The position numbers were made by a program, and so were the translations under genes. Source: Microcoleus sp. (GTDB lineage: Bacteria; Cyanobacteriota; Cyanobacteriia; Cyanobacteriales; Microcoleaceae). Taken from it: DNA of 64,000 nucleotides. The notes beneath the pieces were generated by a model. That model was not told the origin of the DNA, made no database searches, and saw only the letters and a program-made list of their open reading frames with translations. Numbering within the stretch: position 1 is the stretch's first letter; every line of letters starts with the position of its first letter. Of this stretch, positions 52,996 through 63,972 are shown piece by piece. The stretch lies in NCBI GenBank assembly GCA_042408215.1, contig JAYFMW010000017.1:740951-804950 (forward strand). The letters are read 5' to 3'.

Positions 52996-54897
52996 GTGAA
53001 GGAAGTTATTAAAAATTTGTCAGAGTATGCCAGGAAGCGATCGATCGCACTTTTGCTGTTATCCCTATTATGGCTGTGCGCGATCGCCTCGCTGGCTTTC
53101 CTGTGGAATCTGGGCAATATTGGTTTAGTTGACGAAACCGAACCGTTGTTTGCCGAAGCCGCTCGCCAAATGACGGTGACTGGGGATTTCGTCACGCCCT
53201 ATTTCAACGGCGACACCAGGTTTGACAAGCCGCCGTTGGTTTACTGGTTGATGGCTGTGGCTTATCGGGCGATCGGGGTTAATGAATGGGCTGTGCGTCT
53301 TCCGTCGGCTTTATCGGCGATCGCCCTTACTTGCCTCGGATTCTATACCCTATCGAAGCAAGAAGGATGTTCGGCAACGGATTCTGTAACGGATTTAACG
53401 GATGTCAGGAAGAAAGAAGAAGGAAAAAGGAATGAGGAAGCAGAAAAATTCCCCCACTCCCCCAATCTTCCCCTCTTTCTTTCTGCACCTTGGATTGGTG
53501 CCGCCTTAATCGCATTAAATCCTCAAACTATTGCCTGGGGAAGGACTGGCGTTTCAGATATGCTATTAGTCGGCTGTATGTGTTCGGCACTATTAGCATT
53601 TTTCCTCGGTTATGCCCTAGAAGAAGAGAGGGAAAAAGCAGGATTTTCTACTGTTTCTAGTTCCCGATTTCCCAATCAGTGGTATCTGACTTTTTATGTA
53701 CTAATTGCCTTAGCAATTCTGACTAAGGGGCCTGTGGGAATTGTCTTACCAGCGCTGATTGTTGGCTCCTTCAGCCTTTACTTGGGCAATTTCCGACAAC
53801 TTTGGCGTGAAATGCGTCCGGTGTCTGGAATCTTGATTATTCTGGCGATCGCGCTACCTTGGTTTATTCTGGTTATTTTAGCTAACGGTCAAACCTATAT
53901 TGACAGCTTTTTTGGGTATCACAATTTCCAGCGGTTTACTCAAGTAGTTAATCGGCACTCGGCGCCTTGGTATTTTTACTTTTTTGTTGTGTTAGTGGGT
54001 TTTGCGCCTTGGTCGATTTATTTGCCAGTGGCGATCGCCCGCACCCGTTTTTGGCAGCGTAGTTACTGGCGTCGTCAACCTCGATCGGCTCAATTAAGTT
54101 TATTCGCCCTATTTTGGTTCGGCTGTATCTTTGGGTTTTTCACAATCTCCGTGACAAAGTTGCCCAGTTATGTATTGCCTTTGATGCCAGCCGCTGCGAT
54201 TTTGGTAACGTTGCTGTGGGGCGATATTGTTGCAGGTAAAGAAGAGGAAGTAAGGCCAGGGCGATCGGCAAAACAACCGAATTCTCTACCGCAGTCGCTG
54301 TTAGTTACATTCATCTTCAATGTAGTATTTTTATTGATTCTAGCGGGAGCAATTTTCTATTGCTACCACTGGCTGGGAGACGATCCAGCGATGCCAAATT
54401 TTCCCCAAGCAATTCAACAGTCAGGATTGTTGATTTTGGGCGGTGGGATTTGGATAATTACGGCGGGGGCGATCGCGCTTTTACTCTGGAAACGTCAGCA
54501 ACGCTGGATTTTGGTTGCCAACTTCATCGGATTAGTAGTATTTATCATCTTTGGTCTGACTCCTGCCTACAATTTAGTTGATCTCAATCGCCAGTTACCT
54601 CTGCGACAACTAGCACAGATTGCCGTTCAACAAAAACTGCCAGGGGAAGAGTTTATGATGATTGGTTTTGCGAAACCTAGTGTAGTTTTCTATTCCCAAT
54701 TACCGGTGACTTACTACCGAATTGCCAGAATTGCGATCGACCACATTGAAGCATCAAAAAATCCAAGTTCTCCGTCTATTTTGGTGTTAGGATATCCAAA
54801 TAAATTTGTGGAATTTGGATTGCAGCCAAATGAATATCAACTGCTGGATAGTCGTGGCCCTTACCAACTCGCAAGGGTTCCGAGAACAGCGTTTTGA
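52996..54897 (+). CDS. ArnT/PMT-like GT-C glycosyltransferase (family 39/83)
   Basis: DETEPLFAEAARQM, RFDKPPL, LTKGP, TKLPSY; many TMs. Confidence 0.9.
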   Translation: MKEVIKNLSEYARKRSIALLLLSLLWLCAIASLAFLWNLGNIGLVDETEPLFAEAARQMTVTGDFVTPYFNGDTRFDKPPLVYWLMAVAYRAIGVNEWAVRLPSALSAIALTCLGFYTLSKQEGCSATDSVTDLTDVRKKEEGKRNEEAEKFPHSPNLPLFLSAPWIGAALIALNPQTIAWGRTGVSDMLLVGCMCSALLAFFLGYALEEEREKAGFSTVSSSRFPNQWYLTFYVLIALAILTKGPVGIVLPALIVGSFSLYLGNFRQLWREMRPVSGILIILAIALPWFILVILANGQTYIDSFFGYHNFQRFTQVVNRHSAPWYFYFFVVLVGFAPWSIYLPVAIARTRFWQRSYWRRQPRSAQLSLFALFWFGCIFGFFTISVTKLPSYVLPLMPAAAILVTLLWGDIVAGKEEEVRPGRSAKQPNSLPQSLLVTFIFNVVFLLILAGAIFYCYHWLGDDPAMPNFPQAIQQSGLLILGGGIWIITAGAIALLLWKRQQRWILVANFIGLVVFIIFGLTPAYNLVDLNRQLPLRQLAQIAVQQKLPGEEFMMIGFAKPSVVFYSQLPVTYYRIARIAIDHIEASKNPSSPSILVLGYPNKFVEFGLQPNEYQLLDSRGPYQLARVPRTAF

Positions 54898-55405
54898 TAG
54901 TGTATTGTACAGTCCTGGACGCAGAGCAGACCTATATGGTGTTTTGTAGGAGCAATCCCCCCGTGGTTGCCGGTGAATCGGTCGATGATGCATCCAGGAC
55001 TGTAAAAGCTATAATCTAGTCACTACCTAAAACCCGAAGCTCGGAGCCTACAATGGTTTCAATTCTCAACAAACCCTCCTCGTTAATCCATGAGATTTGC
55101 ATTGAAAAAGTCGATCGGTGGAAGTTGTTCAAATTTAGTGAATCGCTCCAACAGCGCCACAATTGTTAGAGAAGAAAAAGGCAGATCAACTAATGGCAGA
55201 AGAGGTAGCGGAATCTGCGAGAACAAATTGAGAGATTGAATATTCAGGTGCATCCCGACACACAGAAACAAATAGAAAGTCTTGACATAACCTTAAAATA
55301 AAATGGAGATAGAAGTCAGTAAGGGGAACGATCGCTCATAATTAAGAAAGTGTCTACAGCCAGCCAATATCAACTAGAAAAGCGTATTTAGACAGGTGGA
55401 AGATT

Positions 55406-55645
55406 ATGATCCCAATCAAGGAAGCTCAACAGCAGTTACAGCAGTCGATCGATGCCATGAGTCAGTCGCATCAACCGATCGCGATCGCAGAACAGACTAG
55501 CAATGCAGTATTATTATCTGAAGCTGACTGGGCATCGGTTGCCCGTGAAACACTGTATCTTCTCTCAGTGCCGGGGATGCGGGAATCAATTCGCGAAGGA
55601 ATGGCAACGCCGATTGAAGAGTGCGCTAGGGAGTTGCAGTGGTGA
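55406..55645 (+). CDS. Phd/YefM antitoxin
   Basis: NAVLLSEADW..ETLYLLSVPGMRESIREG. Confidence 0.88.
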   Translation: MIPIKEAQQQLQQSIDAMSQSHQPIAIAEQTSNAVLLSEADWASVARETLYLLSVPGMRESIREGMATPIEECARELQW

Positions 55646-55755
55646 GTTGGAATCTAGTCTACACCAAACAGGCAGAGAAAGATGCCAAAAAGCTGGCTTC
55701 TAGCAATTTACGAGACAAACTGCAAAGTTCAGGTGCTACTATGGGTATTAGTTAA
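55642..55755 (+). pseudogene. truncated Txe/YoeB toxin
   Basis: GTGA overlap; MSWNLVYTKQAEKDAKKL start, then unrelated tail and stop at 37 aa. Confidence 0.75.
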
Positions 55756-55808
55756 AGAGAAGACCATACCACGATATATATTTACTCTAGATCAAGTGAT
55801 AACACATA

Positions 55809-58800
55809 ATGCAAAAGCAAACAGACGATCTTAATCAGCAGTTAGAATCACCTCGTTCCAAAATTATTAATTCCTACCTGACAACTATTGAAGATAGCTT
55901 CCGAGAAAACCGTCCCCAACTAAAACTAATCAATTATGGTACGGGTTCAGGAAAAACTCACCAATTGTTTGAAGCAATTTATCAAACCATAGAAGAAAAT
56001 AAAGATATTCAAATAATCGGTATATATGTTGCCCCATTGAGAGAACACTTATCTGTTCCTACTTCAGTTAAGAGGCAATACCCAAATATTCCCGTCTATA
56101 AAATCAATTCCTTAGAAATGAAAACGACGGATGAGTATCTCAAATTATACCAAAAATGGATATCTTCAATTCTCAAAAATAAAAATCTTTGGAAGATTGA
56201 TCGAAAAGTCTGTCCTGATGAAAAGGTTCAGGAAAATCGAGGAAAACTTGAGACAGTCCCAAACGTGATTAAACGCCTTGAATATGTAAAAAACACAAGT
56301 TTTGGAGATGAGGCTTTTAAGAAACATGAGATTGAGAAAGCAATACTGGACCTGAATAGTTTAATTGAAAGCTTTTTAGAATTTTTCATCAAGTGTGAAT
56401 TAGATCAAAAAAATTGTCCTGATGAATGTTTAGAGTTAATTAAAATATTTTTGCCCCTTCATCTTCTGCAAAAAAAATCTGGAATTTTGATGCTCACCTA
56501 TGATAAATTTGAAACGGCTATTCCGTACTTTATCCACAACGGTAAAACATGGGTGAAGAAAAGCAGTCATCTCGATCAATACGTTATTCACCATACAGAC
56601 AACTCTCGAAAGTTTATCCTGGCCTTGGACGAGCAGGAAGATGGCTATCAAATTATGCTAGAGAAGAAGATTGATATCATCTCTCCTGAAAAACTGGCAA
56701 TCAATAATGCGCTGTCATCTATGAATAGAGAATTTTCTATGCTGTTTTCAACTAAAAACAATGAAAACAGAGATTTTTTAAATTTTGTAGATAAGAATAA
56801 GGGAGCTTTTTACGAATTTCAAGAACACTTTGAAAAAGACAAGACTTTAGAAGAAAAACTGCAAAGATTCGCCACCATCTATCAAAGATTGACTGTTGAG
56901 GAGGGAAATTCGATCATTTTTTTAGAAAAGATAGTACGAATCAAAAATGGTCTTGACGAATCTATGGAGGAAATTGTTAGTATTATCAAGAATTATGACG
57001 ATATAAATCTCGTTAGATTGGATTTTGAAATGTTATCCAGAGTTATTTCAAAATTCGAGAATAATAGAAGTTTGTTGATTCCTCAAAAGCTTTACAATAA
57101 AATCTGTGATGATTTAATGAACATTTTTGCATACAACAACTTATACATTTATAACCTCGAACCTCTGCAAAAATTATTTTTAACCAGACCTTCTGGGGGG
57201 CACGTCCAAATCACAGAGGAAAAAGTTGCAGATAATACCTCTGTCGCAGAGTTAATTTATGCTATTCTCGCTGTTCGATCTCAAATCAAAACCATCAAAG
57301 ATTTTCTAGCTAACGTCTTAGATGCTGAAGATTCTCAATCCCATTCTTTAGACATTTGGTCGCAACAAATAGCTAAAGTTCAAAAGGCAAGTGAAGAAAG
57401 CCCCTCGCAAAATCAACTGCTCAAATACTTAAATATTGCCTATGTCTATGAAAGTTATAAGTCGATCGTAAATATTAAAGAAATTTCTCGTTATCAAAAT
57501 CCTAAAAATAATCTGCTCCATCGCGCCCTTAGAGAAGTTTCTATTGGTAGTACGGCTATATTGACTTCGCCTGAATTCAAGATAAATTCCATGTTATCCA
57601 ATAATAGTAATGCGATCTTTTTGATTTCAGCAACAGGAGGAATTTTAGGAGATTTAAGCACGAGTTATGATATGCAGTATTTCAAAGATAAATTGCGGAA
57701 TGCTAGTGAATCCGGTGAAAGTTCCTTTAAGGAAATGAGCGAGGAAGAAGTATCGCTTTGCGAAAACATCAGAGAGAGTCGTGAGGCAAAGCGACAGATT
57801 GCAGTAAAGTTTTTCGGTGAGGATTTATTGTCTTTCCCAAATAACGAAACTCAAAAAGTTGTGGAACGATTTGAAGAAACTATTTTAAAAAGTTTTATCG
57901 ACGCTCTCAAACAGGATGGGAATTGGCTGGGTATTTACAAAATCCAAGAACTTCAAAAGTTTATTCGTTTCTTGTTTTACCTGTTTGAAGATGACTCAAT
58001 TCAAGAAACAATTGCTTTTACTCAAACTCTACGCTGGATTAAAAAATTAATTCAACATTGCGAGCTACTCAAGCAGGCTAACTTTAAATTTAAAAAATCA
58101 ACCGAACATCCAAATATATATTATCTGCAAGTAAAGCATAAGGAATATCAGAGTAATATTCAGATTAAAATAATTTTGTATGACGCCTCATTCAACAGTC
58201 TTTACTGCGACAAAAAAGCTCATAACACGTATTTGAATGAACTGGTAGAAAAAGCAGGGGAGAAAATTTTCTTTATATCGGCTTATCAGTCAGCTTCCAA
58301 AGGGTTTAATGCTATTATCAAAACCCACAACGGCGAGGAAAAGGATTTCGATTCTTTAGCTTTGTTAATGGACAGTTACTATACAGTAATGGGTCCATCA
58401 CTTAACAAATCAAAAGATTCTGGACTTTCTATTACGCGTTACCATTTTGCCTTAATGAAAAGTATTGTAAACTTGGGAGAGTCTAATCTTGAAATCAAAG
58501 ATTTCAACCAATACCTCAGTCAACCAGAAGCGGGAGCATTTCGAGAGCAGCAACACCAGATTTTATTAGGGAAACAAGTTTTGCAGGCGATCGGGCGATC
58601 GGAGAGACGCGATTTTCCCAACCAAGTGGCAAAAATATTTGTTAATGAAGAAACCAGAAAAAATTTAGTTAATTTTTACAGATACCTGGAAGGGAAAGAA
58701 AAGGAGGAAATTCGGAAATTTTCCGTTAACAACCACAAAGTTTACTTAAGCGTTCGAGAAGAAGAGAAAAAACGAGCAATTAAGGATTATGACGATCATG

Positions 58801-59765
58801 TTATTGATGAGATTGATGCCACTCTGGCTTTTCAAGAATTTAGAACAGAAATGTTGGAGGAAATAGATCTGTTTCATCTTAAAAAAAATACTTTTGACAT
58901 CACAAAAGCGTGGAATGCGTTGCGCGACTCAATTGTTTTCAAAGACCCAGCCAAGTATCTCGAAAAGTTGCGAGATTCAGGGCTATTTCCTGCTGATTTT
59001 ATTGAGTCATTATTCTATCACAAACCAGAACAAGTTGAATTTACTCCCTATTTAGCTTCCGAGGAAGAAAGAGGCCAAAAATTCTGGATTATCAGCGATA
59101 GCATCAATGGGGAAAAAATCTATCCTTACCAGAACCGGTTATATCCTGACTCTCTAAAAATCAGCGATCGAGGCTATGACTTAGAAGGTAATGAAATTAG
59201 CTCCCTAGATCCTTCGACTGATTCAATCTACAGACTGTACAACAAGTTGATGCCACAACCTGAAGTTTTTAATACTTATATTCCGCGTCGGAATTTCTTT
59301 TACGATGTGTTGTATCCCTCACTGGCTGAAAATTTTGTGGAACGCTGGATTAAAGATGAAGTTTTAAAAGAAGGTAAAGACTGGAAAGCCATAAAATCCA
59401 TCTATCGTTTTGAGGAATTGCGAGATTTCAAAAAATATTGTAAACTATACGAGCTGTTTGATTTGTACTATGTCAAGGAGAATACGCTATTTTGTATTGA
59501 TGTTAAAGCTTGGAGCGAGGCTTCGGGAAATCGCCTGTCCAAAAAGACGCTGGATAAAACCGAAAACAAGCTGAAGGCGATTGTTTCAGACTATCCAGAA
59601 TTTAGCACCGCAAGGGGGCTACTTCTTAATTTGCACGCCACCAAAGAAAAAAATCAACAATACTCACCCACGCTATTTTCGGGAAATTTGATTTTCTTTG
59701 ACGATCGCAATTGTCCAGTTGAATCCAATATCCTCACAGACTTTTTGTTTCACAAGGAGAAATAA
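55809..59765 (+). CDS. SF2 helicase fused to C-terminal PD-(D/E)xK nuclease, DdmD-like
   Basis: GTGSGKT (K49), YVAPLR, DEQE (274-277), SAT (607), SASKGFN, QAIGRSER (926), D1218..DVK (1231-1233). Confidence 0.8.
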   Translation: MQKQTDDLNQQLESPRSKIINSYLTTIEDSFRENRPQLKLINYGTGSGKTHQLFEAIYQTIEENKDIQIIGIYVAPLREHLSVPTSVKRQYPNIPVYKINSLEMKTTDEYLKLYQKWISSILKNKNLWKIDRKVCPDEKVQENRGKLETVPNVIKRLEYVKNTSFGDEAFKKHEIEKAILDLNSLIESFLEFFIKCELDQKNCPDECLELIKIFLPLHLLQKKSGILMLTYDKFETAIPYFIHNGKTWVKKSSHLDQYVIHHTDNSRKFILALDEQEDGYQIMLEKKIDIISPEKLAINNALSSMNREFSMLFSTKNNENRDFLNFVDKNKGAFYEFQEHFEKDKTLEEKLQRFATIYQRLTVEEGNSIIFLEKIVRIKNGLDESMEEIVSIIKNYDDINLVRLDFEMLSRVISKFENNRSLLIPQKLYNKICDDLMNIFAYNNLYIYNLEPLQKLFLTRPSGGHVQITEEKVADNTSVAELIYAILAVRSQIKTIKDFLANVLDAEDSQSHSLDIWSQQIAKVQKASEESPSQNQLLKYLNIAYVYESYKSIVNIKEISRYQNPKNNLLHRALREVSIGSTAILTSPEFKINSMLSNNSNAIFLISATGGILGDLSTSYDMQYFKDKLRNASESGESSFKEMSEEEVSLCENIRESREAKRQIAVKFFGEDLLSFPNNETQKVVERFEETILKSFIDALKQDGNWLGIYKIQELQKFIRFLFYLFEDDSIQETIAFTQTLRWIKKLIQHCELLKQANFKFKKSTEHPNIYYLQVKHKEYQSNIQIKIILYDASFNSLYCDKKAHNTYLNELVEKAGEKIFFISAYQSASKGFNAIIKTHNGEEKDFDSLALLMDSYYTVMGPSLNKSKDSGLSITRYHFALMKSIVNLGESNLEIKDFNQYLSQPEAGAFREQQHQILLGKQVLQAIGRSERRDFPNQVAKIFVNEETRKNLVNFYRYLEGKEKEEIRKFSVNNHKVYLSVREEEKKRAIKDYDDHVIDEIDATLAFQEFRTEMLEEIDLFHLKKNTFDITKAWNALRDSIVFKDPAKYLEKLRDSGLFPADFIESLFYHKPEQVEFTPYLASEEERGQKFWIISDSINGEKIYPYQNRLYPDSLKISDRGYDLEGNEISSLDPSTDSIYRLYNKLMPQPEVFNTYIPRRNFFYDVLYPSLAENFVERWIKDEVLKEGKDWKAIKSIYRFEELRDFKKYCKLYELFDLYYVKENTLFCIDVKAWSEASGNRLSKKTLDKTENKLKAIVSDYPEFSTARGLLLNLHATKEKNQQYSPTLFSGNLIFFDDRNCPVESNILTDFLFHKEK

Positions 59766-59766
59766 A

Positions 59767-62086
59767 GTGAAAAATAAAACAGCAGCCTTGTCAGATATAT
59801 CGCGAACCAACCAACTAAAAATAGAAGAAAAAAATCTCAAAGATGTTGCCGAAAAACTGCGTCAGTATCTATTTAAAATGGGACAAGGGATAGAACATTT
59901 TATTCTTAAATATCCGCTTGCTGAAAATAAAGATTCTGAGAATGAGGATTCACGGCCTACCTTTTATAAAGAGCGGCATAAATACATTAAAGCTCAAGTC
60001 CAAGAAAGGCTTGCTGCACATGGGGAGAAACGGGAAAAATCAGAAATTCAATACTTCCTTTCATATACTGGCGGCCAAAAATATGTGTTCTTTTTATCCC
60101 CTAATAAAAATCATTCTGGATGGCAAAAGTTATTTACCGATAATTCTAGCGTTCGAGAAAGAATTTTCAACCTCATTTTCAAGTTTTATATTCTTTCCCA
60201 AGGCTTATACTTTGAGACAGTGAATGGTTTTGAAGAATTACTGTTACTCCATTCCATGAAGCCGCAAATCGAATGATGCTCTTTTTGTGTGGGGACAAAA
60301 CTTGTTAATCAAATACAATCAACATGACGTACTTACATTAACCTTGTCTCGAAAACACCGACTCTTCTTACCAAAAGATAGCTACAGTACCATAGATGGT
60401 GATGATTTAGGAGAGTTGGTGGTCTACGAGAATAAGAACTACTACTTCGATCGCGACCTAGATGCTAGGAAAAAAAATAAAATAAATTTTATGCAATTTG
60501 ATAGCGATCCCAAAAATTATGACAAGTTCAAAGAGACTCAGCTTTATCATTACCAAAACCTCATGACAAAACTTGAGGAGTTTTTAAGAGAGTGCAAGAT
60601 AGATTTTAAATCTCTTGATTTTCAGGCCGATCACTACTTAGAAAACCCTTTCATCAAAAACATAGAATCTGTAGAATCCTTAGAGATTATTAACAATACT
60701 GGAGTCGATCTGACTGAATCTGACCAACAATTTATGCAACAATTTCTGAAACATCAAGGGGTATCGACGATCGCATTTAACTCTCAGGGAAAAACTGTTA
60801 GTACCTATGAAAAAGTAGAAGTTGAAGGTGAGGAAAAGGTTTGCTGGAGAATTACGGAATCTATTAAATGGTCAGATATTCAACTCGAACCGGAAACAAA
60901 CTATTTGGTTTTTAATAAACTTTTAGAGGAAGACGCGGGTTCAATGGCGTACCAGAGAAAAGACGCTCTCTGGTGTCCATCAAGAAAATTAGATCATAAA
61001 TCGCCAGTAGATTTTTATTCGCAGTTAAAGAAAAGATTTAACTATTTAGAGACAGGAGTTTTTGTTAGTATGCAGGGGATAGATATACCTGAATTTACTG
61101 CTGTCGCCAAGAATAAATCTGCTTGGGCGGTTCTTAATTATACAGATAAAATTGATCGAGATAGTCTCCACGGGGATACGAAAGCTTTTACCGAGGGGAA
61201 ATTATTGGATGTAGAGGGTTATATTTCCTGCTATCTAATAGGACAAGAAGATAGCAAACAATGGGATACTTTCCGCGATAAACACAAGATAAAGATTTTA
61301 CCTGAATTTGAGAAAGTATTGATTGAGTTAAGAATTAAGAACTGGATCGCGCAGAGTTTTTCAAATCCGAACTTGGGCTTGCCTATTACTCCGCCTAAAT
61401 CATTTCCTGAAAAACAATTTTTTAGTATTTATGTACGCAGCCCCAGAAACGAGGACGCTAAAGCGGTCGCGGTAGAATTTATTTACAAAGATGGTTGCAT
61501 ATATATAAAAAATGTCATCCGAGATATGAAAAAAATCGAACGGCAATTTCCATTTTTCAGAAGGCGAAACAATGAATCAGAAAAATTAATTGACGCTCAA
61601 GAATATTTGGTAGATGAATCAGAGAAGCTGTATATTCGTTTTTATACAAATGATTTCTATACGCCAACATTAATTGGACGTTTTGGTATTATTGAAGATA
61701 TGGAAAGGGGAGAATTAAAAATAGACCGCACAATTCAAGGTCAAAATAGTAGTAAATTGTTACCTGTGGTATCCTATTACAACAGCGAGATTAAACCGAT
61801 TAACCAAATTAAAAATATGATATGTTTGGATTTGAAGAATAAAGAATTTATTCAGTATTATGTTCCTCCGGCTCAAAATATGAGAGGCTCTATTCAGAAA
61901 GGGTTTAGAGTCTATCATTTGATTGGAAACAGATATTCCAAAGAGTCTATTCCCACATCTGACCTGATCGATCATCCCATCACAGCTTTACATTTTAGTA
62001 CGCTCACTCAAGATGTTTTAAAATTAGGGGAAAACAGTCAATCGTCATTGTTACAAAAAGTAGCCAAAGTATTAATTGAAAATTAA
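59767..62086 (+). CDS. ~772-aa partner protein, putative DdmE-like divergent Argonaute (+1 frameshift at 60257-60276)
   Basis: AAGGAG RBS and GTG 1 nt after the helicase stop; two ORFs join by removing one base; family call rests on size, context and C-terminus (SSLLQKVAKVLIEN). Confidence 0.55.
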
Positions 62087-62617
62087 AAAAAGGCTGAATT
62101 GAAATGCTGATTCCAGAAAACATCCAGATATTTCAGCGATCCCAGAAGAGCATCGGATACACTCACATCTGGTATGATGCCGGAGAAAAGTATCAACGTC
62201 AGCTAGAAGCAAACCTGCTACTTAGGGCCGATCGCAATCCTCGATCCTCTTCGAGGGCTTCGCTAACGCCATTTGGACTGGTAAATTAGCTAACTATACG
62301 TGCCATAATCAGCCATATTATTTGAAGTGCGATCGCCCGAACCTATGGATGCGCTAATCGGCAAAACTTTACAGGGTGGAAAATATACCCTCGAACAAGA
62401 ATTGGGAAGAGGCGGCTTTGGGATTACCTTCAGAGCAACTCACCGCTATTTAGGACAATTTGTAGTCATAAAAACCCTCAACGAATCTCTGCGACAGCAA
62501 CCCAATTTTGCCGAGTTCGATCGCAAATTTCAAGACGAAGCCAGACGTTTAGCTTCCTGCGTTCATCCCAATATAGTCCGAGTCAGCGATTTCTTTGTGG
62601 AAGACGATCGCCCTTAC

Positions 62618-63972
62618 CAAGACAATGGGTCTAAAGCCCCGTCCTTCTAGGACGGCTTTAATTTCTATAAAGTGTAAATAATTATTAAACCTACGCACTT
62701 TTTAAACACAGTGATTTGTAAAAATGATAGAATAATGGCATGATTGTACTAGAGTTTAAATTAAAAGGCAAATCGCAGCAATACCGGATGATCGACGAAA
62801 TGATCCGCACAGCTCAATTTGTCCGAAACAAAACTCTTAGATATTGGATTGATAATCAAGGAGTTAAGTTGGTCGATCTATACAAACAATGCGCCATCAT
62901 GGCCAAAGAGTTTGAATGGGCGGGTAAGCTTAACTCAACGGCACGTCAAGCTTCGGCGGAACGTACCATTTTTGCTATCCAACGTTTTTTCTCAAATTGC
63001 CAAGCTAAGAAGCCAGGGAAAAAAGGATACCCGCAGTTCAAGAAACATACTCGTTCCGTAGAGTACAAACAGTCAGGTTGGGCGCTTTCTAACGACAAAA
63101 GATGTTTGACGTTTAAAGACGGCTTCGCTGCTGGAAAATTCAAGTTACTCGGTAGTCGAGACTTGCACTTTTATGCGCCTGGTGAAATCAAACGAATCAG
63201 AGTAATCCGTCGTGCCGACGGCTATTACGCTCAGTTTTGTATCAACGTAGAACGGACAGAGGCATCTATTACTACTGGCAAAGCTATTGGAATAGATGTA
63301 GGTTTAAACCATTTCTACACCGATAGTACCGGGGCAACAGTTCCAAATCCTCGACATCTCCGTAAAAGTGAAAAAGCTTTAAAACGAACACAGAAACGAG
63401 TTTCTCGGAAAAAGAAAGGTTCTAGTAATCGTAAAAAAGCTATCAACAGGTTGGGAAGAAAACACCTGAAGGTCAGTCGGCAGCGCAAAGACTTCGCCAT
63501 TAAGACGGCGTTGTGCGTAGTGAAATCTAGCGATTTCGTAGCTTACGAAAATCTGCCAGTGAGAAATATGGTGAAAAACCATAAGCTTGCTAAATCAATT
63601 AGTGATGCAGCATGGTCACAGTTTGCCCAATGGCTGCAATATTTTGGGAAAGTGTACGGTAAAACAGTGGTTGCTGTTGCCCCTCAGTACACTTCCCAAG
63701 ATTGTTCAAGTTGTGGCAATACTGTTAAAAAATCGCTATCTGTCAGGACTCATATTTGCCTGTGCGGTACAGTATTAGACCGCGACCACAATGCAGCTTT
63801 GAATATTCTGGCGAAGGGATTAAGGCAAGCAGGAATTAATTTAAATACGGTGGGGCACACCGAAATTAACGCTTGGGGACAGACCGACCTCTACTCGTTG
63901 GTGGTGACATCAACGGGCAAGCCGACTGACTGAACCAAGAATCAAGAGTGCCTGATAGCCGAGGAGTGTCAA
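62618..63972 (+). mobile_element. IS200/IS605-family TnpB-only element
   Basis: TTAC target, left hairpin CCGTCCTTCTAGGACGG, right end GAGTGTCAA; no target duplication. Confidence 0.93.
62740..63933 (+). CDS. tnpB: RNA-guided endonuclease TnpB, catalytic triad intact
   Basis: GIDVGL, AYENL, YTSQDCSSCG, DRDHNAA. Confidence 0.95.
   Translation: MIVLEFKLKGKSQQYRMIDEMIRTAQFVRNKTLRYWIDNQGVKLVDLYKQCAIMAKEFEWAGKLNSTARQASAERTIFAIQRFFSNCQAKKPGKKGYPQFKKHTRSVEYKQSGWALSNDKRCLTFKDGFAAGKFKLLGSRDLHFYAPGEIKRIRVIRRADGYYAQFCINVERTEASITTGKAIGIDVGLNHFYTDSTGATVPNPRHLRKSEKALKRTQKRVSRKKKGSSNRKKAINRLGRKHLKVSRQRKDFAIKTALCVVKSSDFVAYENLPVRNMVKNHKLAKSISDAAWSQFAQWLQYFGKVYGKTVVAVAPQYTSQDCSSCGNTVKKSLSVRTHICLCGTVLDRDHNAALNILAKGLRQAGINLNTVGHTEINAWGQTDLYSLVVTSTGKPTD

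Noticed and set aside
55053..55271. Short ORFs upstream of the antitoxin, possibly a Uma2-like remnant
   Set aside because: Similarity too weak to support by eye
62104..62289. 61-aa ORF as a third gene of the defence operon
   Set aside because: No motif, and its end runs into repeat-like sequence; cannot be supported without a search
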